Of a stretch of DNA of 64,000 nt, positions 1 to 14,278 are shown one piece after another. The stretch is taken from the NCBI GenBank assembly GCA_001600815.1, contig BCKZ01000011.1:475622-539621 (forward strand), in the 5' to 3' direction. Positions within the stretch are counted from its first letter, which is position 1; every line of letters begins with the position of its first letter. Under the pieces are notes generated by a model. The model saw only the letters and a list, made by a program, of their open reading frames with translations, made no database searches and had not been told where the DNA came from. Source of the stretch: Alloascoidea hylecoeti (lineage: Eukaryota). The position numbers and the translations under genes are program-made.

Positions 1-999
1 GCCACGGTTTTGCTTGTGGCTGTGAGTGGTCGGGTGAGGATTTTTAGGTGTCATATTGGTCGCTTTGGGTCATATAGGATCACCGCATTATTTGGCGTTC
101 CCTTCATTCCTTTGCGGAGCCCAATCAGCTTTGGTGGGCACTACTTGTTTTTTTTATGTTCACAATAGATTAGTTTTTCACCCTTCGTTGGGTACACATA
201 TATGCTGAATGCCGGAGACTTACCCAGTAATTTGAAAATCCAGTCTAGTCGAATTGTTAACGTTTTATTCTCACTATATTTCTGATGTTTAAATAAAGAA
301 AAGGTGGAGTATAAATCAATAGTTGTGCCCCACCCACACCGATATTTCAAAATGGTGTAATCAACTAGTGAGATCACTAACTTCAGATGATTGTGGAAAT
401 TTTGAATTTGAAATTGTCTTAATATACTAGTTATTAGTTAAGATATGATATTATTCCTAGACTCCTACTCCTCGCATGTGCAATGTGGAATTTTACATTT
501 ATATGCACATAGAACTAATTAGGCAATAATTATATAAAAGCTATAACATATTGATGATGAATCATGACCACGTTCAACTGGATCGGAAAATATTCTTTTA
601 TATGTTTTTTGATTCTATTGTCTTGTTTCCATGTCTTTATTATTATGGATAACTTTTATTATCTCTTGTTCCAACCTTGTCAAGACTCACAATTGAAAGA
701 TTGCGGGGGCATAAAAATATCGGCATATAAGTTTATAATTATTCATTTTATTATAGGTTATATAAATCTTGCTATCACACTAGTCGACCCGATTCAATAA
801 ATAACCCAAGATAAGAATATTTATCAGCTCGCATAATATATTCAAGTGCATATGTGTAAGGTTTATATCATGGTAAGAACTATATCAGGAATGGATATTG
901 AAAACACAATCAAGTGCTGGGAAGAATCAAAATAATAACCAAAGAATTCATCTATTCTATTCGAATATCCAAGAAACACTTATGATACCGGTTACTGAG

Positions 1000-1140
1000 T
1001 TGAGAGCTGGTCAGAAACTGTTGATCAACAACGTCAAGAGATTATGAAAGAGTTTCGTTTATTACGATCGTCATATTTAAGATTATGATTATGAAGTATG
1101 TGTTGGTGGAGGAAGTTCAAAAGGTATAAGTTATATTATG
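1000..1140 (+). pseudogene. Possible highly decayed Tc1/mariner transposase fragment
   Basis: Translates to W-S-E-TVDQQRQEI-MKEFRLLRS and, after a frameshift, GGGS. This loosely follows the Tc1 pattern WTVEQWKKVIWSDESKFNL...GGGSVMVWG. The frame is broken and the similarity is weak. Confidence 0.25.
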
Positions 1141-4100
1141 GTGAAGGGGTATCATGATCGAACTTCTACATTCAATTAGTCCATTTTGACCCTTAAATTG
1201 TTCAGTTGTACAATATATAATGCTGTATTTATATGTTAATTATCAATTGTGAAATAACTAAGTTGCAGGTTAAATATGAGGTATAGATCAGGTGGCTTTG
1301 GGCTATTTCAATTAACGTCAGAGGAGACTCAAACCCCGGCAAAAACTTACAAAACTTACGGGGTATACCCTTTATATAATTTTGATTGGAAAGATCTCAT
1401 TTTAAACTAGTAAGTACAATTATGAATAAAAAATTCAATATATCAGGTTTTTGGTTTATACATGTGAAATCTAAGCTATGACAAGTTATTATTGCCACTA
1501 AGAACTAAAGAAGATTCATGATTGTTGACATTTTAGAGAGTCCTCCATTTTTCAATTAAATCATTGATCATTGTGCTTTCGATCTTCCAGATATTCCAGA
1601 TATTGAGTGTATTTTCATTTTTGTTTAATCATTCTATCTCTTTTTACTTATTAAACTCCACAACATTATATTGAAATTTGCACTGCTGTGCTTCTATTTT
1701 CAGTTTCAGCTATGCTGACACTTTGAGTGGATATAATGGTTATGGAATAAGAAGATGGATTATTAGTTACAGCTAGCTATTGTAATTCGAAATTACTCTA
1801 TATTTTTATTTAATAGCTGTCAGTAGTTAATCAAGAATTCAAGCGCTCGGTTTGTAAATTGCAATTGTATGTTAACTAAAGATTAACGATTCTTTATAAA
1901 TAGTCGCAGATCTGAAGTTAATTATAATTATGTTTATTGTTTTACATTTGCAACAATGACAAATTCATAATCATAATTAAGTTTTTAAATTGTATTGTCT
2001 CCCGGAGAGTGTCCATTTCTTTTGGGTACCATTTCACCATTCACATTCGCTTTGCATTCTTATTTCTTACACACTTAATAATAACAACAACAGTTTCATC
2101 GCAACACAAATGTAACAAAATATTTGTCAGTGGCTATGTGTACGATTACCGTTTGTTGTCTTAGACAATTGATTGTATTTAAGACAATCATCGATATTGC
2201 AGTAACTGTCAATATTACTAATTATTTATTAAAGATGTGTCAAATTTTCAAATTACTGGTTGTAATTACCGGTAAGGCTGTCATCGATATCCGAAGCCTT
2301 TAATTTCCAGAAACTTCAACCCTAAGATTATGGTTAATATTCATTGATCAATTTGTAGTTTATAAATTAAGGGATAACGTTAACACCTCTATTTATACCA
2401 GTACCAGTTTTATCATAATAGCGTTACATGCACTCTCAACAGCGCCGTTTCAATACTATAGTCATACCATAATTATGATTTCAAAAATGTTAAACAGCTA
2501 AATGAAACCATGCAATCTATGCAAAAATAAGTGGAGTTCAAACTTCGAAGAACAAAAAGGCGAATAGTATGAGCTAGTTAACGTTTCTGGTAATAAATAT
2601 AATGGCGTTAAGCTAATGTATTACATTACATGTGTAAATTGAATACGTTTAAATTTCTTAATTAACTTGCATTTTGACATGTCATTATATTTCTTTAAAA
2701 AATTTGAATTTATATCAGTTATATAATACTTAAGCTTATAGAAAACATACAGCCTTAACCTAAAGCACAACCCGCTTTGATTATTGCTTTCATTATTAAC
2801 TATTTAAAGGGTAGAAATAATTAATTATCAATTTTAAGGCTTTTCTATATGCATGATTATTACTTTAGTTTTGTTTTGAAGAGCTGGCAATTATGTGAGG
2901 ATCCGAATAGAATATATTGTAATTAGTTAGTAGCGCTAGCTATAGTCACATATCAACAAAATAGTTTAATATGAAATATATATCATATATATTAATGGGG
3001 GTTTTTTTTTTCACCCTAAGAGTTTGATCGCGAAAATAAAGGGAACCAATTATTAGAGTTATATGAATTTAAATGAATTTATAATTATAAATATGGTTAT
3101 GTAACCTTCGTGTAATATATTAATCATAAGTTCATAACTACAACTAGATATTATATACATCATGATCAACGCTAGCATTACATGAATTATTATATTCTAG
3201 ATTCATATCTAATAGTACACGTATATTCGATGTAATATGCATAATATTTAATTTAATTGGTAATTGCAATGAATTATAAGCTAACAGTTATTTAATAGAG
3301 AATAGATAATAGAGAAACCATCCCAATTGCAATGATATCCCAACCTTCTTATTTTTGTTGATAACAATATCGATATATCAAATTTTAACCTTTGTGCATC
3401 AAATCACCAAAGTTAACTGTATTAATTTACTTTGTGCATTACTATCGTTAAAGTTGGCAGTATAGCTAGTGCTAGGCTATTGTTAGAATAATGAGGTGGG
3501 GCAGAATCGATGTTTGTTGACGTCAGTTCAGAGAAAATGTTGTTAATTATAAGCTTCAGTAGTTAAAGGATCATCTTATTTGATAGGAATTAAATATTTA
3601 ATGTCTTCTATACAACAATCACAATGAACTCAGTAAATAGCGTAATTAAGTTGTAGAAAGGACGAATTGAGCTTGTCCTGCACACGTTAGTATGGTTAGC
3701 TAGCAATAAACTAATTAAGATGTGACTAATACACGAATTTTATTTAGTCCCGGAGGGCGATATGATACACTACAGAAAATCAATAATTATTGAGTTTACT
3801 CCCTGAGCTACGGGCTCTAATTTTTTCATGGATTACTATAATAATTATGTATAAAATTTGTAATTGAAGTTATCATTAAATTTAAATTCATATTATTAAA
3901 CCAATAATTATTACAACTTTAATTTTCAAGTTAGTGAACTGGAGACTGGAGTGATTCATACATGTATGCATATCATATCGCATTATTCTTTACATTTAAT
4001 TACCATAATTTGATTGATTGATTGATTATTAGTTATGAAAACGATATTATTTTGCAATTGAGAGCAAAATATTAATATTAGCGCTAGCTAGCAGGACAGC

Positions 4101-4469
4101 TATAAAGGATCAGGACTCAGGAGTTATAAATTATAATATTAGTTGTTATTATAATAAATGAATTGATTGAATAAAACAATTGCCGTTTCAAAGGCAGAAA
4201 CATGAGTAGACATGGTGCGGTCTAGAGGGGAAAAGTTTCAATATTATGTGTTCTGTCGGTTTTAAATGAATGCAATTGGATGATATAATCCATTGATTAT
4301 AAGACTAAAGCGATGTTAATATTAATAATTGATGTTTATAGACATTGTCCATTATATTCATATTAAATGAACATTGATATGAAAAGGGATGGAAGATATG
4401 ATATAATTATGAAGGAATGCAGCTGAAGATAAATTTAAGTGCAAAAGAAGGTTAAAGTTAATTAGCAGA

Positions 4470-4770
4470 AACCAGGGTGGACGGGTCTTTTGGAATAACG
4501 TTAGCGGGTCGGGAGACGTATTGTTGGGATGCCGGATAACTGGCGTCTTCCGGGGTGGAACCGGGGTGGAACCGGGCAGGGTTCGGGCAGGATTCGTTCA
4601 GATGCCACTGGCTGCCAGGCAACGCTCCTTCTGAGGCACGCAAGGCGGGAGTCTGAGTTTACAGGCTATTCTAGATGCTGTGTTGCCTGAACGACTGCTT
4701 GTAGAAAAGGCCCTGGTGGTCTCTCTTGTAGACCTGCCCAGGAGACCTGGTGCCCGGATACGCCCGGTGT
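4470..4770 (+). promoter_or_regulatory. GC-rich upstream region of the PUF gene
   Basis: Abrupt GC-rich island in AT-rich DNA with many GGG runs and a tandem CGGGGTGGAAC repeat (~4551-4575), 250-500 nt upstream of the ATG. Confidence 0.45.
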
Positions 4771-4953
4771 GTTTGATTTTGTATATATTATTCTTTATTC
4801 TTTCTTCTCAACAACTCCAAATTTATTCTTCCAGTTGTTTTTGTCCTTCAGCTGTTCTGTTTTTCCATCTTTCTTCCTTCTTGTTCTCGTCCAAATCGAC
4901 CCTCGTTGAGATATAAAAACAGCCACTTCACCACTCCAAGTATATCCCTTATT

Positions 4954-5013
4954 GTAAGCATTTCCATCCAACTTCACTTTTTCCGTCTTTCACATTTGAT
5001 TAACTCCTTTCAG
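4954..5013 (+). other. Putative 5'-UTR intron ending immediately before the start codon
   Basis: GTAAGC at 4954, branch-like GATTAAC at ~4998-5004, CAG at 5011-5013 directly followed by ATG. Its 60-nt length matches other introns in the window. Confidence 0.55.
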
Positions 5014-6415
5014 ATGGATCGCTATATTGAAGTCTCGGATCAGCGAGCAGATCTAAGCGCTGATGATGATTTGTACTACAATTACCAAAATGCCCATAAT
5101 CTCAATAGTTTGGGTGTTTCTGAGCCTGTAACTCCACCAGAAAATGAAAAGGAGAAGGTGGACCTCGGTACTAAACAATTTTCATTTGGGTTGAACCAAA
5201 CCTCCAACTCTTACAATCACCACCGTCAGGCCTCATCTTTCTCAGGAATGTCTCTTCATACTAATTCAACCTCTTTTTCCTCTTTCAACACGGCTGCTAC
5301 AACCCCAACAAGCTCAGATCTACTGGCTGGTGTTACTGGTCCTTTGTCTAAATCTCCTGCTGTTAATTTGTTAATGAATGAAAACCCTCATTCTTCAATC
5401 CCAACAACTTTACCAACAACTTTAAATCAAGCAAATCTTATCAATAACAATAACAATAATAATTCTTATTTTAGAAATAATATCAGATCAACTTCAATTT
5501 CCGCTCCTGTTTCAACTTTACCGCCTTTCACTTCTAACCCAACTAGATACAGTTGGATTTCTCCGTATGAAAATAATGATGAGTTATCTTTAAAATTACA
5601 ATCTTTAAGAATTGCTTCTCCTTCAATGTTAGATGAAAATTCTCTTCGAACTCCAACAAATAATAAATTCTTCAATCAACAACCATCCTCAAATATTAAT
5701 GAACATGTTCAAATCTCTTCATCTTCCTCAAATTATCCAACTTCTTCAAATGCAAGTGTCAATGGAAATGCAAATGTAAATGTAAATCCAAATTGGAGAT
5801 ATTCTCAAGATTTTGGTATTACTGATAGTAGATCATTAATTGAAAAATCGATCAATACCCCTGTTACTTCAAATATTAATTTTAATGAGCCTTTAAGTAT
5901 TGGAAATGGTAATGTAAATACTAATGATAATGGACTTGGAAATGGAATTAGAAACGGAATTGGAAATGGAGTACCTTTTAGAAATAGTGAAAGTATGACT
6001 AATTTACAACAAACTCCAACAAAACAATTTGGTCATTATCATTCTGTTTCTGCTTCTGTTTCCGATATTCCTTTTTATGCTCAAAGAGATTTTTTGTATA
6101 GAAGTAAGAATCTTCAACAACAAAAAACTACCAACTCTATGAATTTAAATGGTATGCCAAATGTAACATCTGCTAATAACTTTATGAATCAAAATATTAA
6201 TCAAACACCGATGTCAATGTCTATGGGTAATTTTGATAATAAACAACGTACTATGCGAGGATCTGTTTCACTTCCAATTGATCGTTCTTTTAGACAACAA
6301 ATGCAATTACAAATGCAAATTCCTTTAAATAATCCTGCTTCATTACCTTTACAATCTCCTGGTATTAATAATTCAAATGTAATGAATTTACAACAACAAT
6401 TAAATTCTAAAAATC

Positions 6416-6456
<41 letters not shown>

Positions 6457-7686
6457 AAGAGAAGATCTACTGGTGAAAGAGAATTTAATAAATTAGCTTC
6501 TGTACCATTAGAATCATTAGTTAATGATATTTATTCTTTATGTACTGATCAACATGGTTGTCGTTTTTTACAAAAAAAATTAGAGGAAAACGTTTCAAAA
6601 AATACTGATTTAATTTTTAATCAAGTTTATTCTCATGTTGTTGAGTTAATGATTGATCCATTTGGAAATTACTTATGTCAAAAATTATTAGAATTTACTA
6701 ATGATCAACAAAGAACAATATTAGTTCAAACTGCTTCAAAATCAATGGTTAAAATTGCTTTAAATCAACATGGTACAAGAGCATTACAAAAAATGATTGA
6801 ATTTGTTTCATCACCTGAACAAGTTGAAATTATTATTGAATCATTAAGATCAAATGTTGTTATATTAATTAAAGATTTAAATGGTAATCATGTTATTCAA
6901 AAATGTTTAAATAGGTTTTCTCATAAAGATTCTCAATTTATTTTTGATGCTGTTAGTGAAAATTCTGTTGTCGTTGGTACTCATAGACATGGTTGTTGTG
7001 TTTTACAAAGATGTATTGATCATGCATCATCATTTCAAAAATTTCAACTAATTAATCAAATCATTTTAAATGCTTTAACTTTAGTACAAGATCCTTTTGG
7101 TAATTATGTTACACAATATGTTTTGGATTTAGGTGATTTAAAATTTTCAAAACCTTTAATTAAACAATTTTTAGGTAATGTTTGTTTATTATCAATGCAA
7201 AAATTTTCTTCAAATGTTATTGAAAAATGTTTACGTATTGCTGATTCTGAATTAAATAAACAAATGATTGAAGAATTATTAAATTGTCAACATTTAGAAT
7301 CTTTATTAAGAGATTCTTTTGCAAATTATGTTATTCAAACTGCTCTTGATTATGCTGATCCAATGACAAGACAAAGATTAGTTAATAATATTAAACCTAT
7401 TATTCATTCAATTAGAACAACTCCTTATGGTAGAAGAATTCAATCTAAAATTGTTACTTTGGAACAACAAGCTCAGGCCCAAGTTCAAGCACAGGCGCAG
7501 GCCCAAGCTCAAGCTCAAGTTCAATATCAACAACAAAATCAACAAATGGGGCAACTTGGTCAACAAAATCAACAATTGAGCCAACAAATGGGTCAACAAA
7601 ATCAGCAATTGAATCAACAACAAATTCAACAACAATATGGTGTTGGTCCAGATACTCCACTTAATACATTAAACTTTCAGTTTTAA
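5014..7686 (+). CDS. PUF4: Pumilio/PUF RNA-binding protein, Puf4/Mpt5 subfamily (890 aa from the first ATG)
   Basis: Eight PUF repeats: DQHGCRFLQ, DPFGNYLCQ, NQHGTRALQ, DLNGNHVIQ, HRHGCCVLQ, DPFGNYVTQ, QKFSSNVIE, DSFANYVIQ. Low-complexity N/Q-rich N- and C-terminal regions. The ORF-track start at 4906 is a TTG; the first ATG is at 5014. Confidence 0.9.
6415..6456 (+). repeat. (CAA)14 microsatellite encoding polyQ
   Basis: Pure CAA run immediately before the PUF domain. Confidence 0.95.
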
Positions 7687-10600
7687 TCGTGATAAATTAT
7701 TATACTACTCTTTACTCTACATTTGTTTATCTGATTCATTTTGGATTCATCTTTAACATTTCTTTTTTTATACATTTCTTTTTTTACCTTGCGTTTCCTT
7801 GTTCCTTGTTATTTTATTATGTCTTGTCTTGTCTCCTGTACTTTTTCTGGTTTTATGCTCTGGATGCTTGCTACTTTAATAATATTTTGTTGTACTCTTA
7901 TTACTCACTTTATTTACATTTCACTTATTTAATTAATAACTTGGTTTTTAAAAGAAATAAGTAGCATTACGCTTTCTTCATTGTATCATTAAAGATGACA
8001 AACGAACAAAAACAACTAAATATAAATTTTTTTATAACAAAAAAAAAATTACCAAAAATTACAAAAGAATTTCAAAAAAAAAATATTTCAAAATTTCAAA
8101 ATCTTTCTTTATTGTACTTGTTTCTTCAATTCTTACAATACATGATGATATATTAACATTGATAAATATAAATATAAAAATTATCATTTATTTATCTAAC
8201 AACAAAACTATATCCTTTTTTGTTTAATATTATTATATTCAAAATTTAGATTTATTTATGTCTGTCTAAGGTATATATATTTTTTGACGACATTACATTA
8301 CTTTTACCTCATAAAATGGAAGAATAAAAAAAAAATTATATTTGATTTTTAAAAAAGGGGAATTGAGATTGGTTTTCTCGTTTGTTTGTATTACACTATT
8401 ACTGTTAAAAAACAGTATACACTTATATTTTGATATATTTTATTGACTGTTTATTTTATAATTTAACTTACTTGTCTAACCCGTCATCTATCTACTAACT
8501 TATCATTTTCCTATATTTTAAAACATTTGCTTTATTTTCCTTTCTTTTTTTGGTCTTATTTTTAATTCCCCATTATACTAAAAATTCACATTTTACATTT
8601 CAATTTTCACATTTCAAAATTTTAATTACATTTGTCATTTTTTTGTTCAATATAAAACTCATGTGAAAAAAAACTATTCTCCCTTTTTCATTTTCATCTT
8701 CATTTATTTTTTGTGTCTTTATATTTTTTGATATATTTAGATGTGTTATATAACCGTATCATATTATATTTTGATTAAATCTTTTTTTATTTTTATTTTT
8801 TTATTTGATTATTATTAGTAATGTCGCTTATCCACTCGTTCTACGTCTTCATGCTATTTTTTTTTAAACCTAATTACTGTTACTACTATTACTATTATTG
8901 TTATACTTTTGTGTACTTACTAGAGTCGCTCGTTATGATTATTATTATTATTATATTATCATTATTTAATACTACGTACTATTATTCCTTCAAACTGCTT
9001 TAGATTTGTAATTTGTAATTGTAAATGCGAAATTAATGTGAATGGTATTATATTGTTTTTTCTATGATTAGAATTGAATGAGTAATAGTGCTTAGCATAT
9101 GGATATTGCTATAGCTTGTCATACAACTGATAAATTCAAATGTAACATTTATATTCCATCATGATTAGAGCAAACTCAAATTTTTTTAATTGCCCTAATG
9201 TATGTTATGGCGAATTATCATACTCTTTTATATCCTATAACCTTTAAATATTGGTCTGTTTATTAAGTTTGGTTCTTACAACTTGTGAGCTGGTCTCCAG
9301 ATTATATGGAATGTCATCAATTATGTTAAAGTATTGATTATAGTGAGTTAACACCATATAATGATCAGAATCTGGACAATACTCAATGAATAAGATTGAA
9401 ATAAGGTGCTAGGTCATCCTGATATTTATATTGACGAGCCTTCGAGGTCGAAGATGAGACCAAACTTTATTTAAAAAATGTCTGCATGCTCCTATATAAC
9501 AAACTTTAAAGGTCCACCTCTTCTTCGAAATCTATATAGTTCACGTAATTGATCTTCTATAGGTCTTTGAAATAGGAGGAAAAGCATGTCAAAAGCTAGA
9601 GCCAAAATAATATCTTGAATTTGGCTCTCCATAATAATAAAATCATAAAATTGAATTTACAGCAGAAAAATCCTCAAAGCAAACTACGGATGAATCGTAA
9701 ATCAAAACATATGTAGAGGGATTGTGAGAGATAAGAGCGATTCATTTTCGGTTATTTTTATTCCTAGTTTTTTTTCTAATGTTTAAAGCATATCAAGTTT
9801 ATTCACATTGAGACTAGTAATAAAGACTCTAGATAATAGTAATGGTAAATGTATAGAGGGAGCAGCTGAAGTGGGGGTTGAACTCAACATCTAGTTTGAT
9901 TAAATATAAGTGTTAACTTTAGGCAGATTGTAATCACTGTATTGAACAAGGCAAATGCCCGCAATTACCTAAACCCACTCCGGAAATTTCTCATGCTTTC
10001 ACCCGGGATTAATATATAAAGACCCTTACATAGATAAATATATGTTAAAACGTAGATTTCTCTAAAAAAAAAACCTTGTGGGCCGTATATTTGGATATAA
10101 GAAATATTGAGATGGAAGGATCATATATATTTAAAACAGTTATGAACTTATGGTACACCGGTTAAATTCTGAGTTAATTGAAAACAGGGATGAAGATGGC
10201 TCGTGCAGTATGTCACACATCTTAATAGGATATATGAAAGATTGAGGTGAAGGATTTAAAAAAGTTAAAGTTGAAAGTGGAAAAAGAAAGATGTGTATCT
10301 TTTTTTATATATATCATGATCAGTTGATGTTATTTATCTTATCCTTGCTAACTGATAAATTTCTCAGTTACTTATAATTAGCCTATTTAATAAATATAAC
10401 TTTTCGGTCTTTGTTGAAGGTACAATATACATGTCATTGTATAGTGTGAATATATATTGACGTTATATCTAGGTTATAATTAAAACTTTTTCCTTATGAC
10501 CAAAAACCGATTGCAAGTGACATGTATAAGCTTATGGTTACAACTTACAACATATTGGTTTAATAATTAGCGATATCGATATGCAATTAGGTAAGTGATA

Positions 10601-10866
10601 AGTATAAGTGCGTCCTATAAAACATAACATAATAAGTAGATCCAAAAAAAGCAAAATAAAAATATCATCGAAGCACCAGACCTAATGAGAAGTAAACCAA
10701 ACGAGAAGCAAGTGTAAGAAGGGGACATAAATAAAACAACTCAGAACTAAAATATTGCAAGTGCGTGCTAACGTAATTCTTGATTCAAATGCAATTCTAA
10801 TGTAGTATTGATAAAATTTTGGTCAAGTGAAACAATATATAAGCTTATATACTATGAGCTTGTAAT

Positions 10867-12006
10867 TTAAACATTATTAATATCATTATTGCCATTATTA
10901 TTATCATTGTTAGTATTGTTATTGTTATTGTTATTGTTATTGTTATTGTTATTGTTCAAATTAGTTCTTGATCGATCATAAGGACTTCTTGACATTCTTT
11001 CTGATCTTTGAGTTTCATTTGAAGTTGGCGCCCTACCACCACCACCACTATTTGACCTCGTAGTAAAAGTACGATAAATAGCTCTTGATGGAATTATACT
11101 GTGAGTTGGTAATAAGTTTCCTAAATGCTCTGGAAATGATAAAGGTGGGTCGTCATACATTGATGTAGCGGGAGGTGGAGAAGATATTGTATTTGCTGAT
11201 GTAGAAGAATTGAACATTCTATATAATTGCTGATTTAACATGCTTACGAAACGTGAGCGACCATCATTATTATTATTGTTGTTATTGTTAGGGTTATTAT
11301 TATTATTATCATTGTTATCATTTGGGGATTGTGTGCTTGTATTATTATTTGAGCCTGATGTTTCAAAGATAGCATTTCCGTTGGCATCAATCGTTATAAG
11401 ACTATTAAATAATTGCCCATAGTTTCCAGCTCCAAATATACCATTTTCATTATGCATATCACCATCAGCGACTTCATTATTTTGTCTTCTTTGCTCAACT
11501 CTATAATCATATTCACTTTCGATCTCACTTCTACAGAGAGGACAACTATGCGATTTCTTTAACCATTCACGCAAACACGACCAACCATAAATATGATTAC
11601 AAGGCATTTTAACAGGAGAATGTTCATCATCATTGGTGTTCATACTTAGATTATCATCCACATCATTCCAGTCTTCATCAATATCATAACCACCAGGTAT
11701 CATAATTGGAGGATCAGATTCTGTGTTTTTCTTCTCTTCGTCTTGAATTTTTCTTAATTTGGCTCTTTCATTTTTTTGATGTTCCCATTTCAATTTTAAT
11801 TCCGTACTTATTGGAGTCATTTCATCAAAACATATCGGACAGTCTTTTGATTCTCCATCTTTAAAATCATTTAAAGAAACCCTTTCCAAATTTCTTAAAG
11901 CTCTTTTTGAAGGCGGTCTAAGATTGGGACTTCGTTGATCGTTTAAACCTTGTACCAGCTCAGACAGGGCCTCTTCTAAATTTAGGGGGTTGGGTAAGAA
12001 GTTCAT
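10867..12006 (-). CDS. SAN1: San1-like RING E3 ubiquitin ligase (nuclear protein quality control)
   Basis: Split RING: CPICFDEM...[long insert]...HSPVKMPCNHIYGWSCLREWLKKSHSCPLCR, followed by a disordered N-rich tail. Start probably MNFLPNP at 12006; an upstream in-frame ATG exists at 12051. Confidence 0.75.
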   Translation of the reverse strand: MNFLPNPLNLEEALSELVQGLNDQRSPNLRPPSKRALRNLERVSLNDFKDGESKDCPICFDEMTPISTELKLKWEHQKNERAKLRKIQDEEKKNTESDPPIMIPGGYDIDEDWNDVDDNLSMNTNDDEHSPVKMPCNHIYGWSCLREWLKKSHSCPLCRSEIESEYDYRVEQRRQNNEVADGDMHNENGIFGAGNYGQLFNSLITIDANGNAIFETSGSNNNTSTQSPNDNNDNNNNNPNNNNNNNNDGRSRFVSMLNQQLYRMFNSSTSANTISSPPPATSMYDDPPLSFPEHLGNLLPTHSIIPSRAIYRTFTTRSNSGGGGRAPTSNETQRSERMSRSPYDRSRTNLNNNNNNNNNNNNNNTNNDNNNGNNDINNV

Positions 12007-12184
12007 CTTGATGGTGGAATTTTGATATGAGATCTTATGGGAAATTTGCATTTGATGTCTGGATGCACGGGTGTTGCAACCTACGTATTTGAGGGTTAAC
12101 GTTTAATTTGTTAAAAATGAAATATAAAATATAAACTAAACTATAAACTAAATTTATAAAATAAAATATATAAAAGAAATAAAA

Positions 12185-14158
12185 TTAACGACGTTGAGTT
12201 TTTCCCATTCCCCTCTTGCCTGCGTATAAATGTTTTGGTAAAGTCTCAGCAATATGTCTATCGGCTTCACCAACTCTTGCCATTCTATTCCGTGCTCTTT
12301 GTTGTATTTTAGCCAATTTAGCAGCTTTATTACGAAGTTTATCATCGGAAACACCATCATTTAATCTATCAGATTGATATCTGTCATTATTACCTGATGT
12401 TGTACCAGCAGTGGCGGAATCAACTTCACTCATTAACACATCTGCTCCACGTTGATCAGTTGGCCTTCTCTTCTTTGTCTTCATATTAGAAAATGGTGTA
12501 GCATCATAACCAATTTGAGTTAAATGTTTTTCTAATTGATCAAGTGTCCTCTTTGTGTCCTTTCTTGGAATAAGAGCCCTATTCTTTAAATGTTTCTTTT
12601 GTCTTGCTTGATTAATCATTAATTTCTGCTTCTTTCGGATCCATTCTGCCTTTTCATGAATTTCTTCATCTTCCTCATCATCTTCATCTATGTCATCATT
12701 GTAAAAACCGTCTTCTTCCAATTTCTCTTCTTCTTCTTCCAATGCCTCCATTTTGGCTACAATATCTTCATCAAAGAAATCAGCAATATTCCTACCATTC
12801 AATATTTCAGGTATAATGTCATTATTCCATTCATCATTTTCTAACAGATAATTTTCTTTCAAGTTGATATTAAATACTCCTGGACCGCCATTCTGAAGTT
12901 CGATATCCTTCATTGTTGTCGATGGTTTTGGACCATTGACTCCTTGGGGAATGAAAGCCTCTCTAGAAACATCATCTCTTGGTGTTGGTCTAGCAACATG
13001 AATTTTATTCAAAACATTATTAACTTGAGTATTATTCTTTAGTTTTTGATCAATTCTGGCAGCCAAAAGTTTTTCACAAGCTAAGTTTCTTACTTCCATT
13101 ATACCAGTTTCTTCAGCACAGGAAATAGGTACCATCTCAACATTAGCACCTTCAGTCATTGTACTTATTAAAGCTTGTCGTTCTGGTGATAAGTCGTTAA
13201 GCCCAATAATATCAATTTTATTAATCACAATAACAACTGATTTATTTGCAAATAGTGGTTTGATTGAGGAGAATAATTTAACTTGATCTTCAACTGAAAA
13301 CCCACACTGTTCAGACAAATCCATAAAGTATAAAACACATGATCTAATATGTGCTATAGCATAAATAGACTGCATTTCAATATTATTCATTTCTTCAGTT
13401 GGTCTATCTAAAATACCTGGAGTATCAATTGCTTGATATCTTAAATATTTGTAATCAAAATGTCCTACATAAAGAGATTTTGTTGTAAAGGCATATGGTT
13501 GAACATCAACGTCAGCTTTAGTAATGCATCGTAAGAATGATGACTTACCAACATTTGGGTATCCACAAATAAGTAAAGTACGTGTATTTGGATCAATAGA
13601 AGGCAATCTACCTAAATGTTGTCTGACTTGTTCCAAATATGCCAAAGGGTCTTTCAATTTCTTAACAATTGTTGCCATTCTACCTAAAGCTGCTCTTTTC
13701 AATTGTTTACATTGAAATAAAGATTGACCGAATTTTAATAATCTAACATAATCTCTTTGAACAGATTCAATAATTGCTTTTGATCTTGAAATTGCTGCTA
13801 AAGATACTTTAAAATGATTCTTTTCATATAATGTATCCATTAAATCTCTATGAAATGGATGAACATCGTTGATATTTGGGAATCCTTTTAAAATTTCATC
13901 AAATTTTTCACTAAATCCATCTGATGTAAAACGAACTTTTCTCATATAAAATGATCGAATTCTGGAGATCTTAAAACCAGCACGAATCACTGTTGGAGTC
14001 TTTCTTTGTGTTCGATTAAGAACAATATCAAGCATCCTATTATAATCATCAGTTAGATTTCGCTAATTTTTCTAATCAAGGTATATAAACATTTGATAAC
14101 TCATGACTTACTCATTAGATGTTGGAACGGTGGGAATATCTTTCCAAGTCAACTGCAT
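12185..14158 (-). CDS. NOG1: Nucleolar GTP-binding protein Nog1; exons 14158-14112 and 14036-12185
   Basis: Spliced N-terminus [31 protein letters not shown]. Intron 14111-14037 (GTAAGT...TCTAAC...TAG). GTPase motifs GYPNVGKS, DTPG, NKID. C-terminus PKHLYAGKRGMGKTQRR. Confidence 0.97.
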
Positions 14159-14278
14159 TTTGTCGATATATTTATCCTAAAATGACAAAGCAAACAAATA
14201 GTAAAGTTGACAAAAAGAAATTGAAGTAAAAAAGAGAAAAGGAAAATGGAAAAGGATTATTTTTTTTTCACCACTTCC

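Noticed and set aside
7408..7660. Antisense ORFs over the PUF4 C-terminus, and similar short ORFs inside NOG1, the HMG gene and IRA
   Set aside because: Shadows of real genes or of low-complexity codons.
9405..9465. Hammerhead-like TTGACGAG-CCTTCGAGG-TCGAAG
   Set aside because: The core deviates from CUGANGA/GAAA and stems I and III cannot be built.
9800..9890. LTR-like words (AATAAAGACTC, GAGGGAG, TTGAACTCAACA) next to a weakly coding-like tract at 9400-9640
   Set aside because: No definable boundaries, partner copy or recognisable protein motif.
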